The position numbers and the translations under genes were made by a program. The notes under the pieces were generated by a model. The model saw only the letters and a program-made list of their open reading frames with translations. It was not told where the DNA came from and made no database searches. Below, one piece after another: positions 45,302 to 49,127 of a DNA stretch of 49,127 bases (position 1 is the first letter of the stretch; every line of letters starts with the position of its first letter). Origin of the DNA: Candidatus Hermodarchaeota archaeon (GTDB lineage Archaea > Asgardarchaeota > Lokiarchaeia > Sigyniarchaeales > SOKP01); assembly GCA_048885925.1 (NCBI GenBank), contig JBHLLG010000019.1:1-49127 (forward strand), in the 5' to 3' direction.

Positions 45302-47983
45302 GTGGAGTTTTCTAAAGATAAATTTCTGCAAATTATTGAGAATATTAAAGAATGTTATTTTGAAGTTGATTTAAAAGGCAACTTAACTTTTTTCAATAAA
45401 TCATTGTGTGAACTTACTGGATATTCAAGAGAAGAATTATTGGGGTTAAATTATAAATTTATTACTGATGAAAAAAACAAAAATGTAATATTCAAAGGTT
45501 TTAATACTGTTTACAGAACAGGAGAACCTCTGACTGATTTTGAATATCAATTCAAAAAGAAAAATGGAGAAAAATTAATTGGTGAAACCTCTGTATATTT
45601 AAAATATGATTCGCACAAGAATAAAGTTGGATTCTACGGACTATTTCGTGATATTACTAAGAAAAAGGAAGAAGAGGAAAAATTTAAAAAAGAATTGGAA
45701 CAACTAGTTGATTTAAGAACTCAAGAGTTAAAAGAATCAGAAGAAAAATACAGTAATCTCTTCCATCACTCGAATGATGCTATTTTTCTTCATGATCTGG
45801 AAGGTAATATTATAGATGTTAATCAAAGAGTATTAGAACAATTTGGGTATACAAGAGAAGAAATATTAAAACTAAAGATTCCTGAACTTCATCCAATAAG
45901 CGAATTGGAGTCATCTAAAAAAGCATTTGAAGAAATAGAAAAAAAGGGAGTTATAAGATTTGAAATAAGTTTCAAAAAGAAAAATGGTAAAATTTTCCTA
46001 GCAGAAGTGTCCTCAAGCTTATTTGAGGTGGGAGGGAAGCAAGTGATTCAAGGAATTGTTCGTGATATAACAGTTCGAGTTTTAACAGAAAAACTGTTAA
46101 AGGAATCAGAAGAAAAGTATCATCAATTATTTAATAAAGCTCCTTACCCTATTGCATTATTCAGTTTAGAAGGCAATATGTTAGATTGTAATAGTGCTAC
46201 AACTAGTTTACTTTCAACCCAAACACTGAAGGATTATGTTGGAAAAAATTATAAAGAATTTTGGACTTATCATGAGAAAAATGTACCTCTAATTGCTTTA
46301 TTTAACAACAAGTTTAATGAAATTATTAAAGCAGGTAAAACCTTAAATTTTGAATTCCCAATCCACCAAACAAAAGGGGGGATAATTTGGTGTTATACTA
46401 CAGCTTCAAAAATAAAGATTGGAAAGAATGAATTTATACAAATTATATTAATGGATATTTCTGCACAAAAAGAAGCGCAGCAGAGATTAAAAGAATCTGA
46501 AGAAAAATACAGGAACTTAGTTGAGAATGCTCACGAAGGGGTTTGGGCAGTAGATGAAAAAGATGTTACAATCTTCGTTAATCCAAAATTATGTGAAATG
46601 ATTGGATATACCAGAGATGAGATAATGGGTACTAGTTTAAATAACTTTTTAGATGACACAAATATAGAATTGATCAATAGTTATCGAAAACGTAGGGAAA
46701 AGGGTCTGAAAGATACTTATGAACTTGAATTTATAAAAAAAGATGGAACAATATTAAGCACAAGTATAAACGCCGCTCCAATTTTTAATATTAGTGGAGA
46801 GTTTAAGGGTTCTTTCGCATTCATTAATGATATTACAAATAGAAAAATGGCGGAGCAAAAATTGAAAGAATCTGAAGAAAGATATCGGAATTTAATTGAA
46901 TCGGTCCCATTTTCAATCGTTCTAATTGATCAAAAAGGGAAAATCGTTTATTGTAATCCTCCTACTGAAGTATTGATAGGGTACAGTCGAGATGAATTAA
47001 TTGATTATGAATTTAAAAATCTTCCTGCTATACATCCAAAATATTTACCAATATTGTTGGAAAGATTTCAAAAAGTTTTGAAAGGCGAAATTTTAGCTCC
47101 ACTAGATATAGAATTATATAAAAAAGATGGACGCACAATTTGGATAAGATACCAATCTACCTTAGTTAAATTAGGAGATGATATGTTATTACAAACAATT
47201 ATAAATGAAATAACTGAACAAAAGAAAGCAGATTTCCTTATAAAAAGAGAGCTCGAAATATTAAAAGAATTGGATCAAATTAGAAAAGATTTAGTTTCAA
47301 GAGTTTCACATGAGTTAAAAACTCCTTTATTTACTGTTTGCGCAGCTGCTGAACTTCTTTTAGATTTGTATATTGATCGATTTAAAGATGAAGAAAAAGA
47401 GCTAATTCAGATGATTGAAAAAGGAGGTAATCGGTTGAAATACTTGGTCGATAATCTCCTTGATGTTACAAGAATAGAATACAGGAAATTTGAATTAGAC
47501 AAAAATTCTAATGATATTGGTCAAATTATTAGAGAGTGTTCAAGAGAAATGAACCATCTACTTAAAAAGAGAAATTTGACTTTAGAACTTAATCTAAAAG
47601 ATGAAGTAATTTTAAATGTTGATAAGGTCAGAATAGAACAAGTACTATTAAATCTCATATCAAATGCTATAAAAAATACACCTCCTAAAGGAAAGATTAA
47701 TATAAAATTAATTGAAAACAAGAAATGGGCAGAAATCTCGATAAATGATACTGGAATTGGTTTAACTGAAGAGGAAATGGAAAAGCTATTTACAAGATTT
47801 GGTAAGATAGAAAGATATGGAGAAGGTTTAGAATATATTGATATTCAGGGGACTGGCCTTGGTTTGTATATTTCTAAAGAAATAATGGACTTACATGGTG
47901 GTCAAATTTGGGCTGAATCTGCTGGTAGAAATAGAGGTTGTACTTTTACGATTAAATTACCGATAATTAAACAAAATATTTAA
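45302..47983 (+). CDS. Cytoplasmic multi-PAS (five PAS) sensor histidine kinase
   Basis: PAS/PAC units ending in DIT/DIS/EIT and linked by LKESEE(K/R)Y; H-box VSHELKTPL, N-box NLISNAIK, G1 DTGIG, G2 GTGLGL; no TM segment. Confidence 0.95.
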   Translation: MEFSKDKFLQIIENIKECYFEVDLKGNLTFFNKSLCELTGYSREELLGLNYKFITDEKNKNVIFKGFNTVYRTGEPLTDFEYQFKKKNGEKLIGETSVYLKYDSHKNKVGFYGLFRDITKKKEEEEKFKKELEQLVDLRTQELKESEEKYSNLFHHSNDAIFLHDLEGNIIDVNQRVLEQFGYTREEILKLKIPELHPISELESSKKAFEEIEKKGVIRFEISFKKKNGKIFLAEVSSSLFEVGGKQVIQGIVRDITVRVLTEKLLKESEEKYHQLFNKAPYPIALFSLEGNMLDCNSATTSLLSTQTLKDYVGKNYKEFWTYHEKNVPLIALFNNKFNEIIKAGKTLNFEFPIHQTKGGIIWCYTTASKIKIGKNEFIQIILMDISAQKEAQQRLKESEEKYRNLVENAHEGVWAVDEKDVTIFVNPKLCEMIGYTRDEIMGTSLNNFLDDTNIELINSYRKRREKGLKDTYELEFIKKDGTILSTSINAAPIFNISGEFKGSFAFINDITNRKMAEQKLKESEERYRNLIESVPFSIVLIDQKGKIVYCNPPTEVLIGYSRDELIDYEFKNLPAIHPKYLPILLERFQKVLKGEILAPLDIELYKKDGRTIWIRYQSTLVKLGDDMLLQTIINEITEQKKADFLIKRELEILKELDQIRKDLVSRVSHELKTPLFTVCAAAELLLDLYIDRFKDEEKELIQMIEKGGNRLKYLVDNLLDVTRIEYRKFELDKNSNDIGQIIRECSREMNHLLKKRNLTLELNLKDEVILNVDKVRIEQVLLNLISNAIKNTPPKGKINIKLIENKKWAEISINDTGIGLTEEEMEKLFTRFGKIERYGEGLEYIDIQGTGLGLYISKEIMDLHGGQIWAESAGRNRGCTFTIKLPIIKQNI

Positions 47984-48009
47984 CAATTATAGTAAAATGA
48001 GAAATGTAA

Positions 48010-49127
48010 ATGATATATAATAGAGAAGAAATAAGAGAAAAATATAAGGATTTGTTTGATCATTCATTGGACTTGATCTATGTAAATGATCTGAAAGGTA
48101 ATTTTTTGGATGCTAACGAACTTACCTTAATTGCTTTGGGTTATGAAAGAGAAGAAATTCTGGATATCAAATTTATTGATATCCTTGAAGAGGACGAATT
48201 AAAAAAAGCTTATGGCGTTTTAAAGGAAATATTGAAAAATGGAAAGCAATCTAAACGTAGAGAATATAAAGTTAAAGCAAAAAATGGTAATTTTATATTT
48301 ATCGAAACATATGGAATTCCTTTAAAAAAAAATGGTGAAATCTATGGAATATTAGGGATTGGAAAAAATATTACAGATTGGAAGAAAGCAGAACAAAAAT
48401 TGAAAAATTCAGAAGAAATGTTTAGAGCACTTTACCAAGAAGGTCCAATAGCTACTTATATATGGAAAAAGTTTAATGATGACTTTGTTTTCATTGATTT
48501 TAATAATACTGCTGAAATTTTTACCTTTGGAGGGGTCGAAAATTATTTAGGTCACAAGGCTTCAGAAATGTATAACAATCGACCAGACATTATAGCAGAT
48601 TTAAATAAATGCTTTAATGGGAAAAAACGTATTACAAGAGAGATGAGATATAAATTTCATCAAACCGGAGAAGAAAAATATCTTCTAGTAAACTATGGTT
48701 ATGTTAAACCGGATTTGATAATTATTCAAACTGAGGATATCACCGAAAAAAGATCCGCAGAAGAAAAATTAAGAGAATCTGAAAATAAATATCGAGATAT
48801 GATTAACAATTTAGACATTGGTTTTTATCAAGTAAGTTTAGACGGAATTCTTCTAATTCATAATCAAGCTTATAATAAAATTTTAGGTTTTGATTTATCA
48901 GAAGATTTGAGAAATTCAATTGTTACTGAACAATGGCAACAGCCTGAACTTCGAAAAGAATATTTGAAGCAATTGCTTATAAATAATTTTGCACGAGGTT
49001 ATATTTGTCATGCATTAAAAAAGAATGGGGAAAAAATTGTACTGGAATTGAATTCACATGTGATTCGAGATAAACAAGGAAATCCCGTCAGAATAGATGG
49101 AACATTCATAGACATTACTGAAAAATT
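48010..49127 (+). CDS. Multi-PAS sensor protein (probably a histidine kinase), truncated by the window end; not in the ORF track
   Basis: ATG at 48010 (MIYNREEIREKYKDLFDHSLDLIYVNDLKGNFLDANE...) with three PAS/PAC units (KNITD, EDITE, IDITE); the frame is open to the end of the window. Confidence 0.9.
   Translation, partial: MIYNREEIREKYKDLFDHSLDLIYVNDLKGNFLDANELTLIALGYEREEILDIKFIDILEEDELKKAYGVLKEILKNGKQSKRREYKVKAKNGNFIFIETYGIPLKKNGEIYGILGIGKNITDWKKAEQKLKNSEEMFRALYQEGPIATYIWKKFNDDFVFIDFNNTAEIFTFGGVENYLGHKASEMYNNRPDIIADLNKCFNGKKRITREMRYKFHQTGEEKYLLVNYGYVKPDLIIIQTEDITEKRSAEEKLRESENKYRDMINNLDIGFYQVSLDGILLIHNQAYNKILGFDLSEDLRNSIVTEQWQQPELRKEYLKQLLINNFARGYICHALKKNGEKIVLELNSHVIRDKQGNPVRIDGTFIDITEK

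Noticed and set aside
45725-48790. Recurring AAAGAATC(A/T)GAAGAAA-like DNA repeats as a CRISPR or other repeat array
   Set aside because: They are in-frame codons for the LKESEE linkers between PAS domains, spaced by whole domains, with no cas genes nearby.

Overview
Strongly AT-rich, gene-dense archaeal chromosome segment with about 45 CDS. I saw no rRNA, tRNA, CRISPR array or transposase. The archaeal information genes (rpoD/Rpo3-L18e-L13-S9, thermosome, TrmI/Trm61, Sm, Rio2, Clp1) occur together with three small-GTPase-fold proteins, a gelsolin-like domain, a eukaryote-like PPP phosphatase and multi-PAS sensor proteins. This points to an Asgard archaeon, most likely Lokiarchaeia (inference from gene content, not a phylogeny). 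Metabolic blocks: an hdrA-mvhD fusion/hdrC/hdrB/metV/metF/Lrp cluster, GTP-PEPCK, SHMT, aroA/aroC and a 2-oxoacid:ferredoxin oxidoreductase delta-alpha-beta operon. Best candidates for undescribed biology: (1) a translationally coupled pair of a circularly permuted ATP-grasp ligase and a divergent M14 carboxypeptidase-like protein, a possible peptide-tag writer/eraser system; (2) a gelsolin-like domain fused to four transmembrane helices, a possible membrane anchor for the actin cytoskeleton; (3) atypical small GTPases: an MglA-like GTPase with a natural Gln-to-Leu change at G3 plus a winged-helix tail, and a Rab-like pseudo-GTPase with a Cys-rich tail; (4) two genes whose conserved N-termini need non-AUG starts. 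All family calls come from motif recognition by eye; no database searches were run.
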